Source: a virus (taxonomy: Duplodnaviria; Caudoviricetes). Taken from it: a stretch of 24,183 nt of DNA. Below the pieces are notes generated by a model. The model searched no databases. It was not told the DNA's origin and saw only the letters and a program-made list of their open reading frames with translations. The stretch is from the IMG/VR virus record IMGVR_UViG_3300036855_000003, positions 1-24,183 of that record; one strand, given 5' to 3'. Positions within the stretch are counted from its first letter, which is position 1. Each line of letters begins with the position of its first letter. The position numbers and the translations under genes were made by a program. Below are positions 23,809-24,183 of this stretch, one piece after another.

Positions 23809-24183
23809 CGACCACAACCCCTAGCCGTCCCTGCCACCTGATCACAGCGTCATCTGCGGCATCCTCGTCAGCGTCCTGGGGATCTGGCTCATCCAGCTCA
23901 ATCCGGGCTCGTTTCCGGTCAGAGATCGTCGCGCCCAGCCTGGCGCTGAGCCGCTCAAAGACGGCGAGCGTGCTTGCGTTGTAGGTCCGGAGGAAGATGT
24001 CATAGGCCTGGGCAGCTGCGACGGCCGTGGCCCAGTCGCTCGCCTCATAGAACTGGCTCTGGCCGGAGAGCCGGAGGCTGTTGTACCACGACCGGCTGAT
24101 CGGCAGCCAGGCCGGGCTCGCCTCCGGGATGGGAATCCCGTGGCGCATGGTATGGCCGCGAGCAACAGCGATAAACGCTGGGT
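23771..24183 (-). CDS. terS: Terminase small subunit (actinophage type), 5' end probably outside the window
   Basis: W.PI.R.WY.SL..SGQSQFYE.SDWA and LGAT..DRKRARIEL motifs; the frame stays open from 24148 to the edge (PAFIAVARGHT). Confidence 0.82.
   Translation of the reverse strand, partial: PAFIAVARGHTMRHGIPIPEASPAWLPISRSWYNSLRLSGQSQFYEASDWATAVAAAQAYDIFLRTYNASTLAVFERLSARLGATISDRKRARIELDEPDPQDADEDAADDAVIRWQGRLGVVVDGLQPGSASPGR

Larger units (their letters stand above)
1..24183 (-). mobile_element. Siphovirus-type phage packaging/head/tail/lysis module, probably infecting an actinobacterium (prophage or free phage undetermined)
   Basis: Contiguous co-oriented genes in canonical order (terminase, portal, scaffold, capsid, head-tail joining, major tail, chaperones, tape measure, Dit, hub, lysin) with many TAATG/ATGA overlaps; no sheath gene; no host genes. 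Confidence 0.96.

Noticed and set aside
341-23984. Numerous plus-strand ORFs (e.g. 9009..9665, 11440..11982, 15777..16322)
   Set aside because: All lie antisense to well-supported minus-strand genes and show no recognisable motifs; shadow ORFs.
1-24183. tRNA, rRNA or other structured RNA genes
   Set aside because: The largest non-coding gap is 73 nt and shows no cloverleaf or T-loop signature.

Overview
The whole window is one densely packed, minus-strand late operon of a long-tailed (siphovirus-type) phage, read from 24183 towards 1. The protein families point to an actinobacterial host. There are no host genes, integrase or att site, so prophage versus free phage cannot be decided. Gene order: small terminase (cut by the window edge), three inserted genes, large terminase, portal, MuF/VG15-like head protein, a seven-gene inserted block that includes a fibre-like module, scaffold, major capsid, adaptor, two small related beta-strand proteins, stopper, neck, tail terminator, major tail protein, tail assembly chaperones with a GGGAAAA -1 frameshift, tape measure with a transglycosylase domain, Dit, a hub/Tal protein with a large N-terminal fibre-like extension, a minor tail protein, then a lysis region. 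Three likely genes are missing from the supplied ORF track and were translated by hand: an amidase endolysin (<1..796), a 54-aa membrane protein (1130..1294) and a 35-aa mini-gene (10752..10859). The most unusual points are: (1) a 20-aa-repeat fibre architecture used twice, once as a free gene in the head module and once fused to the N-terminus of the hub; (2) two proteins between the terminase genes that share an N-terminal R-x(2-3)-G-K-[FW] motif; (3) a 35-aa paralogue of a hairpin in the neighbouring gene; (4) a strong internal start site in the endolysin. All family assignments come from motif recognition and synteny, not from database searches.
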